A stretch of DNA of 63,808 nt, filler included. It is 6 parts of 6 records of this genome, joined end to end, with 100 filler letters (N's around TTAATTAATTAA, not from the genome) between each part and the next. Parts side by side here need not be neighbours in the genome. Positions count along the whole stretch, not along the records: positions 18,644 to 40,659 come from SRR31156797_20654; positions 40,760 to 49,833 come from SRR31156797_20664; 4 more parts are not named here. One strand, given 5' to 3'. Below are positions 39,170-48,902 of this stretch, piece after piece. The notes beneath the pieces are model-generated. The model had not been told where the DNA came from and made no database searches. It saw only the letters and a list, made by a program, of their open reading frames with translations. How positions within the stretch are numbered: the stretch's first letter is position 1; each line of letters opens with the position of its first letter. A program made the position numbers and the translations under genes.

Positions 39170-40231
39170 TTAATTGGTAGATTCTAGTGCAGTTTGTTCT
39201 AACTTTGGACAAGACGCTCGATGAAAACGGACTTGGTTCCGCCCATTCTGTTTTGCTTGGTAAAGCTGATTATCAGCCAGTTTTAATAGATCACTAAGTT
39301 GGTCGCCCTCGCTGTACTCGCAAAGTCCAACACTCAGTGTAATTTGAATTCTCTTCTCTCCGAAGGCAAAAATATGCTGGCTCACCAGTTCACGAACTCG
39401 TTCTGCGATGATTTCTGAACGTTCAATTCCTTGATCGAATAAGGTGACACAAAACTCTTCGCCACCGATACGGTATAGATTATCATCGCCGACAACCTGA
39501 CCAAGCATAGTCGCGGTTTCAATCAATACTTTATCACCTGCATCGTGGCCATATTGGTCATTCACTTTCTTGAAATAGTCCAGATCAATGAACAATAAGC
39601 ATAAGCTTGTTTGGCTATCTTTGTTCTTCTCAAAGTAATCAAAACTTGAAGTTAATGACAACCGGTTGTGCGCGCCCGTTAGGGAGTCACGAGAAGCCAG
39701 ATAAGTTAACGAGTTTTCGATATTTCGGCGGTTGTATTCGTAAACATGGGCAATGATCCAAACCAAAATGTAGCAACACAATAAGTTGCCCAATGGTGAT
39801 AGGATGTTAGCGGTGTTTTGCTCTAAACTGGTAACATATATGCCAAAAACCTGAATAACTAGAAAGCAGCCAGAAACGATTTGACCATGTTTTAAGCCGA
39901 GTAAGGCATAAAGCAAAACAGGGAAGCTAACGGTCCATAAGTAGGTGCCATTATCGATGGGTAATGTGTAAACGCCGAGAATCGCAACAATAGCGATAAA
40001 ATAAACAAAAACTTTAATATGAATCTGTTTGTGTTGGTTTTTTTTCGCTAATTGATAAGTGTAACCTGAGTAAACCGCTAACAGGATATCTAAGACGACG
40101 AGGGAATAAGACTGATCGTAATAAAGGTTGTAAAAGAAGAAGCTTGATGCGACAAAAGCGATAAACAAGCTCGCTCCCGATAAAACGGAAGCTCGAAGTG
40201 TATGCGAGTTGTTAAACATATGTGCATGCAT
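39170..40231 (-). CDS. Membrane-bound diguanylate cyclase
   Basis: Multiple N-terminal TMs; DSLTG, DLDYFKKVND.YGH..GD and RIGGEEF motifs. Confidence 0.93.
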   Translation of the reverse strand: MHAHMFNNSHTLRASVLSGASLFIAFVASSFFFYNLYYDQSYSLVVLDILLAVYSGYTYQLAKKNQHKQIHIKVFVYFIAIVAILGVYTLPIDNGTYLWTVSFPVLLYALLGLKHGQIVSGCFLVIQVFGIYVTSLEQNTANILSPLGNLLCCYILVWIIAHVYEYNRRNIENSLTYLASRDSLTGAHNRLSLTSSFDYFEKNKDSQTSLCLLFIDLDYFKKVNDQYGHDAGDKVLIETATMLGQVVGDDNLYRIGGEEFCVTLFDQGIERSEIIAERVRELVSQHIFAFGEKRIQITLSVGLCEYSEGDQLSDLLKLADNQLYQAKQNGRNQVRFHRASCPKLEQTALESTN

Positions 40232-40520
40232 GCTTATTTATCGGTATTGGATTCGTCGTTAAGCCATATATGAACTTTGTATATTACCTCTTTAGAGTGA
40301 GCAAGCAATATGGTTTTTGGACTAATATCACATAATTGGAAAGTCATTGCTTTAATGTGACTCAAAAGTGAGACATTGATATCCAATGTGTCAATACTCA
40401 GCGAGTTGGGTTAAAAAAACACCGAAGTGGTGACAGAAGAGCCAATTGGTTCAAAAACATAGAAATTACACTTGCATGGGATAATTTCTGTCGTTAATAT
40501 CCATCTCGTTCTTAAGTAGT

Positions 40521-40597
40521 GCGTCCGTAGCTCAGCTGGTTAGAGTATCGCCTTGACATGGCGGGGGTCGGTGGTTCGAGTCCACTCGGACGCACCA
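40521..40597 (+). tRNA. tRNA-Val(GAC)
   Basis: GCGTCCG/CGGACGC acceptor stem, TTGACAT anticodon loop, GGTTCGAG T-loop and encoded CCA. Confidence 0.97.
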
Positions 40598-40622
40598 TTC
40601 TTAACTTAACGAACAAAAATTT

Positions 40623-40659
40623 GGGTCCGTAGCTCAGTTGGTTAGAGTACTACCTTGAC
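40623..40659 (+). tRNA. Second tRNA-Val(GAC), truncated by contig end
   Basis: GGGTCCGTAGCTCAGTTGGTTAGAGTACTACCTTGAC, then the linker. Confidence 0.85.
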
Positions 40660-40759
40660 NNNNNNNNNNNNNNNNNNNNNNNNNNNNNNNNNNNNNNNNN
40701 NNNTTAATTAATTAANNNNNNNNNNNNNNNNNNNNNNNNNNNNNNNNNNNNNNNNNNNN
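40660..40759. other. Artificial contig linker 3
   Basis: Same 100-bp linker. Confidence 0.99.
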
Positions 40760-40842
40760 TTTATAAAATTCTTTTAGGGAGAGGGGTTGAGGTGAGTTCT
40801 GATTTTTTAACTTTAAAAAACACACAAGAAAGGGGTCTTTCC

Positions 40843-42462
40843 TTAAAATATTAATTTTAGAAGAAAAGTAAATCCTGTAAAAAACAGTGCGATAGTACTA
40901 ACCATTACCCTAAAGTCAAACTCTGTTTTGTATATTATTTTAAATAGTTTAATTTTATGATATAGATATTTATAAAATAAAATTCCTGAGCCAAGCATTG
41001 CTATATAAATAAGAGATTTATTCATATATTTAGCATTGTCTATAGTGAATTCCAAGCCGTATAAAGAACTCATAATCTGAGGGCCAAATAATCCACCAAT
41101 TACACATGCAAATGAAAGTGCATATATCCCGATATATCTACTTCTTGAAATTCGATGCCTTTTTTTACACACTTCTGTTAATCCGCTTTCACCAAATAAA
41201 ACAGTTGAAAACTTAACAAAACTCAGTACAGTTCCTATATTTATTAAATGTAATATATATTCCAGAAATTTTGTATTTACACCTTTTGCAATATAATATT
41301 TTGAGATACTTCCGTTAAAAAATGGAGCTCCGGTAATTGATAACATCCCTATGATCAGACATACTGCGACATACGGGTATTCTTTCAGGACTCCTTTAAC
41401 TTTTTTAATATTACTACTTCCATATACAGTGCTAAGAACAGCTAAAGTAATAAACAATAACCCCTTGAATAAGCTATGATTGATACTGTGATACAGAGCA
41501 CCGTAAAATGCATATTTACTTGGTAAATGAAATGCAAATATAATAAGTCCCATCTGACTCACAGAGTGATACGCTAATATTTTACGCAGATCACTTTGTG
41601 ACAGTGCAAATATAAATGCTCCAATAGCTGTTATAGCACCTAGAGTCATAAATATATAATCTAATTTGAAAATATCAGCAAATATATAATCAAGTCTGTA
41701 GAATAAAATAAAACTTGATTTAGATGTAACACCTGCTAATACCATAGAAATTACAGCAGGAACAGCCGGTGTAGCATATGCCCGTGTTACCCATCCCCAT
41801 AATGGTGCCATTCCGCATTTGAATGCAGCAGCAGTCATGAAAAATCCATATGGTAAAATAAGTATTCTTTTGTTATAGTCAGATGCCATAGCGTGTTCTC
41901 TCAGTAGATCGATATCAAGTGTACCGAATATTTTGTATGTAAATCCTAAAGCTACTAAGAAAAACATCATTGCGGTCATATTCATTAGGAAATAAACCAT
42001 TCCATCATATATAACTGTTTCCTCTTTTTTGTACATGATCAGTATCGTTGTGATTATAGTTGAAACTTCTATCAATACATAGATATTAAACAGATCATTA
42101 GAAGTAAAAATACCTGCGAGTAAACCTTGTAAAATTAAACTTAAAAACATAAACTTATGATCAAAATAATGATCTCTGTAAGAATATATAAATAAGATTA
42201 AAAATACAAAAGTAGTAAGTACGACGAAGATAAAATTAATCCTGTCAGCTTTTAGAATAATACCAACAGGTGGTTTCCATTGATCAGTTAACTCTGTGAT
42301 AGTTCCGTTGCCCAAGATATATTTGTACATGCTGATAGCTGTACAAAAGAAAAAAGTCTGGAACATTATTGATAAAATTCTATAATATTTTGATTTGATT
42401 AAGTAAAATGAAACACCAAAAATTATAGGAAGAAGTACAAACCAATACAGACTAATTTTCAT
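40843..42462 (-). CDS. MrpD/MbhH-like proton-conducting antiporter subunit
   Basis: DLFNIYVLIE, AFKCG.AP...W, LRKILAYHSVSQMG, HSLFKGLLF and GAPFFNGSISK motifs. Confidence 0.9.
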   Translation of the reverse strand: MKISLYWFVLLPIIFGVSFYLIKSKYYRILSIMFQTFFFCTAISMYKYILGNGTITELTDQWKPPVGIILKADRINFIFVVLTTFVFLILFIYSYRDHYFDHKFMFLSLILQGLLAGIFTSNDLFNIYVLIEVSTIITTILIMYKKEETVIYDGMVYFLMNMTAMMFFLVALGFTYKIFGTLDIDLLREHAMASDYNKRILILPYGFFMTAAAFKCGMAPLWGWVTRAYATPAVPAVISMVLAGVTSKSSFILFYRLDYIFADIFKLDYIFMTLGAITAIGAFIFALSQSDLRKILAYHSVSQMGLIIFAFHLPSKYAFYGALYHSINHSLFKGLLFITLAVLSTVYGSSNIKKVKGVLKEYPYVAVCLIIGMLSITGAPFFNGSISKYYIAKGVNTKFLEYILHLINIGTVLSFVKFSTVLFGESGLTEVCKKRHRISRSRYIGIYALSFACVIGGLFGPQIMSSLYGLEFTIDNAKYMNKSLIYIAMLGSGILFYKYLYHKIKLFKIIYKTEFDFRVMVSTIALFFTGFTFLLKLIF

Positions 42463-42805
42463 TTTGTTCCTCCCTTTTCTTTTTTAGTATTTTATCCCAA
42501 TAACTACTTCCATATTTTCTAACCATTCTGATATACAGAGTTAATGAAAGTGAAATTACAGCCAGTCCGATGACAACTGCTGTCAGCATTAGTGCCTGAG
42601 GCATGGGATCAGATTTTTTTAGGCCCTCTCCTATTGGCGGTATCAAGCTGTTATTATCACCAATTGTGATAAAAAACAGTATAACTCCAACCTGCATTAT
42701 GTTTAGGCAGATTATACTTTTTAGCACACTCTTGTTAAACATGATGCCGTAGAGACCTATTGCAAATAATATAAAACTTGTGTATAAGGAAAAATTAGTA
42801 AACAT
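42452..42805 (-). CDS. MrpC/MbhG-like subunit
   Basis: DPMPQALMLTAVVIG motif. Confidence 0.92.
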   Translation of the reverse strand: MFTNFSLYTSFILFAIGLYGIMFNKSVLKSIICLNIMQVGVILFFITIGDNNSLIPPIGEGLKKSDPMPQALMLTAVVIGLAVISLSLTLYIRMVRKYGSSYWDKILKKKREEQNEN

Positions 42806-42958
42806 TGTGTCACCTACTCTTTAATTAAATTCTTCGCGAAATCAGCGAGTTAAAATATAGCAAAAAACAACTGCTACATTTATAGTTTAAAAACCAAAAC
42901 TGCTTATTAATTCTTAGATTATAATGATATGCATAAATTTTAGTAAAATATTAAAGTT

Positions 42959-42983
42959 GTAGGGGTAAATTCCATATTTCCCC
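42959..42983 (+). repeat. Degenerate GTAG-type REP copy
   Basis: GTAGGGGTAAATTCCATATTTCCCC, same length and ends as the element at 49809. Confidence 0.5.
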
Positions 42984-43063
42984 AGTCAGAAATAGAGTGT
43001 TTTTTAGACAAAGTCAAATTGATAAAAGGCTATTATTTTGCAGTTTATTATAAATAAAGCGTT

Positions 43064-43447
43064 TTAATCACGGTTAAAGATAAATATTAACAGTATTAAT
43101 GATAAACCACAGTAAACTTTTAAACCTATTAGTAGATTAACTACTTTGATATATAACAAATTTGTACTGGCTGTTGCATAAGGATTACCCCTTAGAACCA
43201 ATAAAATAGTTAAAATTATAATTAGTAAAAATAATGATTTCTCTAAAACCTGAATTAGCTTCATATCAGCTTTTGATACCCCGAATACCAGATATCGCAG
43301 AATCAAACCACCAGCTAGTACAGCTCCTCCCTGAAATCCTCCACCGGGTGAAGTAGTTCCGTTTACTATTATATATATCCCAAATAGGAATATCAAAGGA
43401 TTTAGAAGAGGTATAGTTTTTTTTATAATTGATGAATTAGCTACCAT
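43064..43447 (-). CDS. MrpB/MbhF-like subunit
   Basis: SPGGGFQGG and IGLKV motifs. Confidence 0.9.
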   Translation of the reverse strand: MVANSSIIKKTIPLLNPLIFLFGIYIIVNGTTSPGGGFQGGAVLAGGLILRYLVFGVSKADMKLIQVLEKSLFLLIIILTILLVLRGNPYATASTNLLYIKVVNLLIGLKVYCGLSLILLIFIFNRD

Positions 43448-43716
43448 TTCTTATTCTTCCCTCCTTTTCCTTTTGAGAAGTGAAGTACCCCTACGATACT
43501 TACTAATAATAAAAGAGTCTCAAACAGAGTATCAAATACTCTGGTTTGTAGATAAACTGCCGTAACTATATTTTCAGAACCAGACTCATTTTGAAGTACA
43601 TTCATTAAGTATTCCGCTGTTTCTGTATTAAGAGTCTCAAAACCTATAAAATCACCAAGAAGTGAAAATATAAGCAAAGTCATAACTGTACTTAAAATCA
43701 TTGCGTAGATTTTCAT
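43441..43716 (-). CDS. MbhE-like subunit (MrpA C-terminal fragment type)
   Basis: NIVTAVYLQTRVFDTLFE motif. Confidence 0.85.
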   Translation of the reverse strand: MKIYAMILSTVMTLLIFSLLGDFIGFETLNTETAEYLMNVLQNESGSENIVTAVYLQTRVFDTLFETLLLLVSIVGVLHFSKGKGGKNKKW

Positions 43717-44225
43717 ATTTTCATCTCCTTTTTATTTAGATGAATTATTGAATTTGGTAACTTATTTGTTTCTACCCATTCAGATAGTTCTTCCTGTTTG
43801 AATACTCTGAATGTGAAGTAGATATGATACTCATTATCAATAACTCTTAATATAATATCACACTCACGTCTATCTCTTACAACACTGAAATCGTTTAATC
43901 TTTCAACTATATCAAGTTGAAGTTCGTGCTCTTTTGCAAATTCATAAAAGTGTTTTTCTATTTGAAAACTACTTACGTTTTCTGTCCTGAAATACCCTAT
44001 TCTAAATATTTTCTTCTCACGAAGAGCAATTAATAAAAGAATAGTACTGAATAAACATCCGATAACTATCTCTGCTAATGCAACGTCCGGAGCATTCAGA
44101 TAAGTATATGTAAATACAGCCAGTAAAGATAAGACTTCCATAAATATAATGGATCTACGGATTACATTTTCTTCAACAACGAAAAGAGCGGCAATTATCA
44201 TTCCTACTAGTATTAGTAAATGCAT
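43713..44225 (-). CDS. DUF4040/MbhD-like subunit with soluble C-terminal extension
   Basis: LNAPDVALAE motif within 3 TMs, then about 100 hydrophilic residues. Confidence 0.85.
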   Translation of the reverse strand: MHLLILVGMIIAALFVVEENVIRRSIIFMEVLSLLAVFTYTYLNAPDVALAEIVIGCLFSTILLLIALREKKIFRIGYFRTENVSSFQIEKHFYEFAKEHELQLDIVERLNDFSVVRDRRECDIILRVIDNEYHIYFTFRVFKQEELSEWVETNKLPNSIIHLNKKEMKI

Positions 44226-44229
44226 AATA

Positions 44230-44532
44230 TCACTTCTCCTCTTTTACATACTCACCGCTAAGATAAGCTCCACGTGCAAGGACATGAGAACTGATACTGT
44301 TAAGTACAATATACAGAACAGCCAGGAATATAAGCTTAAAAATTCCTATCTCTTTACCACGGTAAAATATGATTCCAATTATAATAGTTAATAAACCTGT
44401 TACGTCAATGATACACGAACTAAGCATACGGGCATAAAAATCTTTATACCTGAACAGTGCAATTGTACCAAAGATCATAAATACAAAACCAATACAAATT
44501 AATACCATTCCGATTATCTCAAAAACAGTCAT
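44230..44532 (-). CDS. MrpG/MbhC-like subunit
   Basis: G..ALFRYKDFYARM and SSHVLAR motifs; TAATG overlap with mrpF. Confidence 0.88.
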   Translation of the reverse strand: MTVFEIIGMVLICIGFVFMIFGTIALFRYKDFYARMLSSCIIDVTGLLTIIIGIIFYRGKEIGIFKLIFLAVLYIVLNSISSHVLARGAYLSGEYVKEEK

Positions 44533-44786
44533 TATATATCCCCCTTTGCACTTACGAACTGGCAGATAAATATAACTGACCAAACTCCAAGGATTCCATA
44601 GGCTATGGCCATATCAAACAGATAAGGCAGGTTTTTATCTATAGAAAGGAAAATAAGCAAGATCACTATTTTACTTGTAATGATATTTAGAGCAAGCATT
44701 CTGTCCCAGAATCTAGGGCCTCTGATTAATCTTATGAAAGTTATAAACATTAAAAATATTAGGAAATTAATTAGAAAGTTAATCAT
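44532..44786 (-). CDS. MrpF/MbhB-like subunit
   Basis: RLIRGP...DRMLA and D.AIAY motifs. Confidence 0.88.
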   Translation of the reverse strand: MINFLINFLIFLMFITFIRLIRGPRFWDRMLALNIITSKIVILLIFLSIDKNLPYLFDMAIAYGILGVWSVIFICQFVSAKGDI

Positions 44787-45357
44787 GTTTATCACCATCC
44801 TGCTTTTCTTGTTTTGCTTCCTCTTTTAATTTTTTCTCTTCTTCTTTTTTTTCTTTGCGAATCTCATCGACTCTTAGAATATCCTCGAAGCTGCCTTTGA
44901 TTTCATCAGCTAACTCCTTTTTAGATTCACCCTCTAAGTCGAGTCCGACTACCCAGAAATATTTCTTTTGCTCAGTTATAGAGATCGTTCCGGGTGTTAG
45001 AGTAATAGATGTAGCTGTGATTATTCTATGCCAATGATTTGTTAACTTAGTAGGAACTCTTACAACTTTTACATTTTCCCGGCCTTTTATAATATTAATT
45101 ATCATTTTGAAACTTGCAATATAAATTTGCAAGATTAAATTAACTATATATTTTATTATAGTAAAAATGCTCATGTTAAGCGATTCATGTTTGCTCTCTT
45201 CGATATGAAAGAAACTGGCCTGAGCAAATGAAGCAATAAATGAAAATAGTACAGCTTCAGCAAGAGTTGCAAGTGTATAACTATTTTGCAGGATACACCA
45301 AACGACAATTCCGGCTAGAAAAGTGAAAAATATATTGGTAAATTTTGGCTTTATCAT
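44779..45357 (-). CDS. MrpE/MbhA-like subunit
   Basis: SITLTPGTI motif; GGAGG RBS. Confidence 0.9.
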   Translation of the reverse strand: MIKPKFTNIFFTFLAGIVVWCILQNSYTLATLAEAVLFSFIASFAQASFFHIEESKHESLNMSIFTIIKYIVNLILQIYIASFKMIINIIKGRENVKVVRVPTKLTNHWHRIITATSITLTPGTISITEQKKYFWVVGLDLEGESKKELADEIKGSFEDILRVDEIRKEKKEEEKKLKEEAKQEKQDGDKHD

Positions 45358-45534
45358 ATTAAACCCTCCTTAGCGATTTTTTATTTTTATTTGTTATAGA
45401 GATAATTTGTTCACTCTTATTAAACTAATAATACTAGATAACCTATATTTAAGTCAATATCTATAGTAGTTCTTTTTATAAAAAAAAAGTTCCTGATGAA
45501 TTTTATATCATAAAGAACTGCTTTTTTATAATTT

Positions 45535-47208
45535 TTATGATTCAACTCTGTTTCTTCCGTTTTCCTTTGCCTTATATAATAATTTGTCAGCTTTTTTCAT
45601 AATATCATCTATTGACGTATCATCATCACTGGAAACTAATCCGATACTGACTGTCATTCTAGGAATGTTTGAGTTTCCATGAGCAGTTGTTTTGATTAGG
45701 TTTTTTCTAAGTCTGTTTGCTATATTAACTGCATCTTCGAGATTACTTTCTGTTAGAACAATTGCGAATTCTTCTCCGCCTAATCTTCCAAATATATCAG
45801 TTCCTCTGATAACTTCTTTACATACTTTGACGAAGAGTTTAATAGCCTTATCACCAGTATGATGTCCGTATTGGTCATTGATAGATTTGAAATGGTCAAT
45901 ATCCAGCATCATAAATGAGAAAACCCGGTTATGCCTTAAGTGAATTTTTCTCTCTCGTTCAGCCAATTCCATGAAATATCTTCTATTATAAATATTTGTA
46001 AGACTATCTGTTCTGGATAGTTTTTTTAATTTAGTTTCGTTCTCTTTTCTTTCCGTGATATCTCTGACAACCCAGATAGCATTAGGTTGATCACTGTTTT
46101 TTTCTGTATCCAGTGTTTTACCTGAGACACTTACCCAGAAAAGAGTACCATCTTTTTTTTGAAGTTGATAATCAAGTTCAAGAGTTTTATTTTTTATAAA
46201 AGTACTATAAATTTTTTCACCAAATTTATAATACGCATCTTCATCTATATAAAGATCAATGATAGATTTGCCCTGTAACTCTTCAGGTGAGTCATAGCCG
46301 TGCATTTTAGCAAAGGCATTATTAACTCTATAGATAGTATCTTTATCTTTTAAGAGAAGTATCCCTACATCGGCATTATCAAAGACAACTTTTAATTCAT
46401 CATGAGCTTCATGCAGTTGCTTCTGTATTATTTTACGTGTGTTAATATCTTCAGCTACCCAAACTACACCTTTATCAAGGTCGGGAGGATCATTGGAATC
46501 AATGGCACGTCCGCTGACATTTACCCAGATTGGTTTTCCTTTAGCATCCTTAAATTGATAATCAATTTTAACTTGTTTTTTTTGTAATAAAGCTTTTCCG
46601 TAGAATTTACCGAACTCAGCATAACTCTCTTCTGAGAGATGGAAATCTGCCATACTCATTCCCAGAGCAGTTTTATATTTTGTCTCATGAACGATTTCAT
46701 TAAAGACATCATTTACTTTTTTTACTATTCTATTACCATCTACTAAAATAATTCCAACTTGGCTATTGTTAAAGATAGCTTCAAATTCATCATTTTTATC
46801 TACAAGTTTTTTTTGAAGATCTTTTTGTCTCGAAATATCTCTGACTGTTATTACTCTATAGTTTTTATTATTTCTTATTATATCTTTTCCCTGTATTAAT
46901 CCCCAAAATTTCGATCCGTCTTTACGAAGCATTAATGCTTCATAAGGTTTGTTATGATGAGATTTTCCATTATTAATTGAAATATTTCTAAACTCCGGCG
47001 CAACAAGATCAGGGCCAAATTTTCCATTCATCTCTTCTTGTGTATAATAAAACATATTCGTAAGTTGCTTATTACACTCTATACAGTTGAAATTTTCATC
47101 AATAACTGCAATTGATTCAAAAGAAGCGTCTTCATATAACTCAAGGCGTTCTTTGTATTTTTTTAAATCTTCAATTTCCGCTTTTAATTTTTCAATTTCC
47201 GAGCTCAT
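45535..47208 (-). CDS. Cytoplasmic diguanylate cyclase with three PAS domains
   Basis: RKDGS.FW and KKDGTLFW PAS motifs, DITERK, RGTD I-site and RLGGEEF. Confidence 0.92.
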   Translation of the reverse strand: MSSEIEKLKAEIEDLKKYKERLELYEDASFESIAVIDENFNCIECNKQLTNMFYYTQEEMNGKFGPDLVAPEFRNISINNGKSHHNKPYEALMLRKDGSKFWGLIQGKDIIRNNKNYRVITVRDISRQKDLQKKLVDKNDEFEAIFNNSQVGIILVDGNRIVKKVNDVFNEIVHETKYKTALGMSMADFHLSEESYAEFGKFYGKALLQKKQVKIDYQFKDAKGKPIWVNVSGRAIDSNDPPDLDKGVVWVAEDINTRKIIQKQLHEAHDELKVVFDNADVGILLLKDKDTIYRVNNAFAKMHGYDSPEELQGKSIIDLYIDEDAYYKFGEKIYSTFIKNKTLELDYQLQKKDGTLFWVSVSGKTLDTEKNSDQPNAIWVVRDITERKENETKLKKLSRTDSLTNIYNRRYFMELAERERKIHLRHNRVFSFMMLDIDHFKSINDQYGHHTGDKAIKLFVKVCKEVIRGTDIFGRLGGEEFAIVLTESNLEDAVNIANRLRKNLIKTTAHGNSNIPRMTVSIGLVSSDDDTSIDDIMKKADKLLYKAKENGRNRVES

Positions 47209-47336
47209 GAATAACCTCCTTTTATTGAACCGAATTAGGCAACTAAGTTTACGTATATAATAACTTAATTTGAGATAAAAAGCTACTAAAATACTATGAA
47301 AAGTGTATAAATTTTAAATCAGCTTATAGATAATAT

Positions 47337-48767
47337 TTATATAATTGAATCCAATGAATCGAACAGAAGTTTTATTCCTTCTGTAATTTTAGTTTTGTTT
47401 AAATGAAAATAACTTAATCTTATATGATTTTTTTCATATTGGCTTGAGAAAAAGATTTGACCCGGTAAAAAATTCAATCCTTTTTCTCTGCACTTTTCTA
47501 AAAGAATTCCGGAATCTATGTCATTATTGAAAGTAAGCCATAAACATAATCCACCTTTGGGTTCGATATATTCAACTCTGTTTTTCCCATATTTTTTTAT
47601 CGCTTTTATAATTATATCCTTTTTAATTTTGAGTTCTTCTCTTCGTTTAGCTAATTCCTTTTCGAATTCTTCAGATTTTAATATATCAGCAACTGCCTTT
47701 TGAGTTAATAGTGGACTACCCAAATCACTGATTGATTTTGCAGCAGTTAGGATATCAATAATTTGCTTGTTAGCATTAATTGCTCCGATTCGATATGCAG
47801 AACCTATTAATTTAGAGAAACCTTTCATATATATAACATGACCAGTTGTATCAAATGATTTGATAGTTGATGGTTTTGTTTCTGTAAAGTATAAATCACT
47901 CCATGTATCATCTTCGAAGATTAGAAAATTATATATTTGTGCCAAGTCCAAGAGCTCTTTTTTATTTTTATCGCTCATCAGCACACTTTGCGGATTATTA
48001 AAATTAGGAATAACATAGATAGCTTCAGGGGCCTTGCTATCACATATTTTAATTAGAGAATTGATGTCAATACCTTCATTTGTCATAGGAATAGATTTAA
48101 TGACAACTCCTTCCCATCTGAATACATCAATTGCTGCCGGAAATGTTGTCTCAGCAAGACAGACAATATCTCCTTTACCCAATAGAGTTCTGGCAAGCAG
48201 ATTTATCGCTTGCTGAACTCCGTTAACTATTAGCAGATTATCAACACTTGAATCTATATTATTATTTATTAGATATTCAGCTAAAAGCTCTCGTAACTCT
48301 TCATCTCCCTGAATAGGAGGATAAGTAGGAAAGTCTTTAATTGATTCTAGCTGTTTATTTATTAACTTATCGTTTAAAATAAAATTTTTCGCAGCAGAGA
48401 TTGAAAAATCATATTCATATCCCTTACTATTTTCAGTTAAATATCTGTGAAATTGTGCCCGGGTAATATAGTTATTAACTTTACTTTGCCATTTTTCAGG
48501 AGAAAAATTTGAATCAAACTCTTTATTCAGATCTCCACCTACAAAACATCCTTTACCGTGCCTTTTTTCGATTATCCCTTTTGCTTCCAGTTTGTCATAT
48601 GCCTTAACTACAGTGAGAAAGCTTACACCCAGAGATTTACTTAGAGCTCTGATTGCCGGTAGTTTCTCTCCCTGCTCCAGAAAACCTGAGTTTATTTTCT
48701 CTTCAATAGCTGTTTCTATTTGAGATGTGATTGAAATACTTGAATTCCTGTTTATTTCAAATTTCAT
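47337..48767 (-). CDS. MocR/GabR-type regulator (GntR HTH plus PLP aminotransferase domain)
   Basis: GEKLPAIR.L...LGVS..TV..AY HTH; FNNP, EDD, GFSK and R.G motifs. Start MKFEIN at 48767 behind AGGAG. Confidence 0.92.
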   Translation of the reverse strand: MKFEINRNSSISITSQIETAIEEKINSGFLEQGEKLPAIRALSKSLGVSFLTVVKAYDKLEAKGIIEKRHGKGCFVGGDLNKEFDSNFSPEKWQSKVNNYITRAQFHRYLTENSKGYEYDFSISAAKNFILNDKLINKQLESIKDFPTYPPIQGDEELRELLAEYLINNNIDSSVDNLLIVNGVQQAINLLARTLLGKGDIVCLAETTFPAAIDVFRWEGVVIKSIPMTNEGIDINSLIKICDSKAPEAIYVIPNFNNPQSVLMSDKNKKELLDLAQIYNFLIFEDDTWSDLYFTETKPSTIKSFDTTGHVIYMKGFSKLIGSAYRIGAINANKQIIDILTAAKSISDLGSPLLTQKAVADILKSEEFEKELAKRREELKIKKDIIIKAIKKYGKNRVEYIEPKGGLCLWLTFNNDIDSGILLEKCREKGLNFLPGQIFFSSQYEKNHIRLSYFHLNKTKITEGIKLLFDSLDSII

Positions 48768-48793
48768 ATTTGAATCTCCTTTTAAGAGTGAAG

Positions 48794-48837
48794 TGTTATA
48801 TATCACTTTTGACTGTTATACATAACTCTGTGTTATA
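48794..48837. promoter_or_regulatory. Three TGTTATA direct repeats, likely MocR operator
   Basis: TGTTATA at 48794, 48814 and 48831 in the divergent promoter region. Confidence 0.6.
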
Positions 48838-48902
48838 GTTTAATTATACAACATAGAGTAGTCTATTTCTAGAAAAAATAAAATATATATGGAGGTTAAA
48901 AT

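Noticed and set aside
40521-40659. tRNA as an integration site of a genomic island
   Set aside because: No integrase or duplicated tRNA 3' end is present on the contig.
40777-40796. GGGAGAGGGGTTGAGGTGAG, resembling one arm of a purine-rich REP family
   Set aside because: Only one arm is visible at the contig edge, so it cannot be supported.
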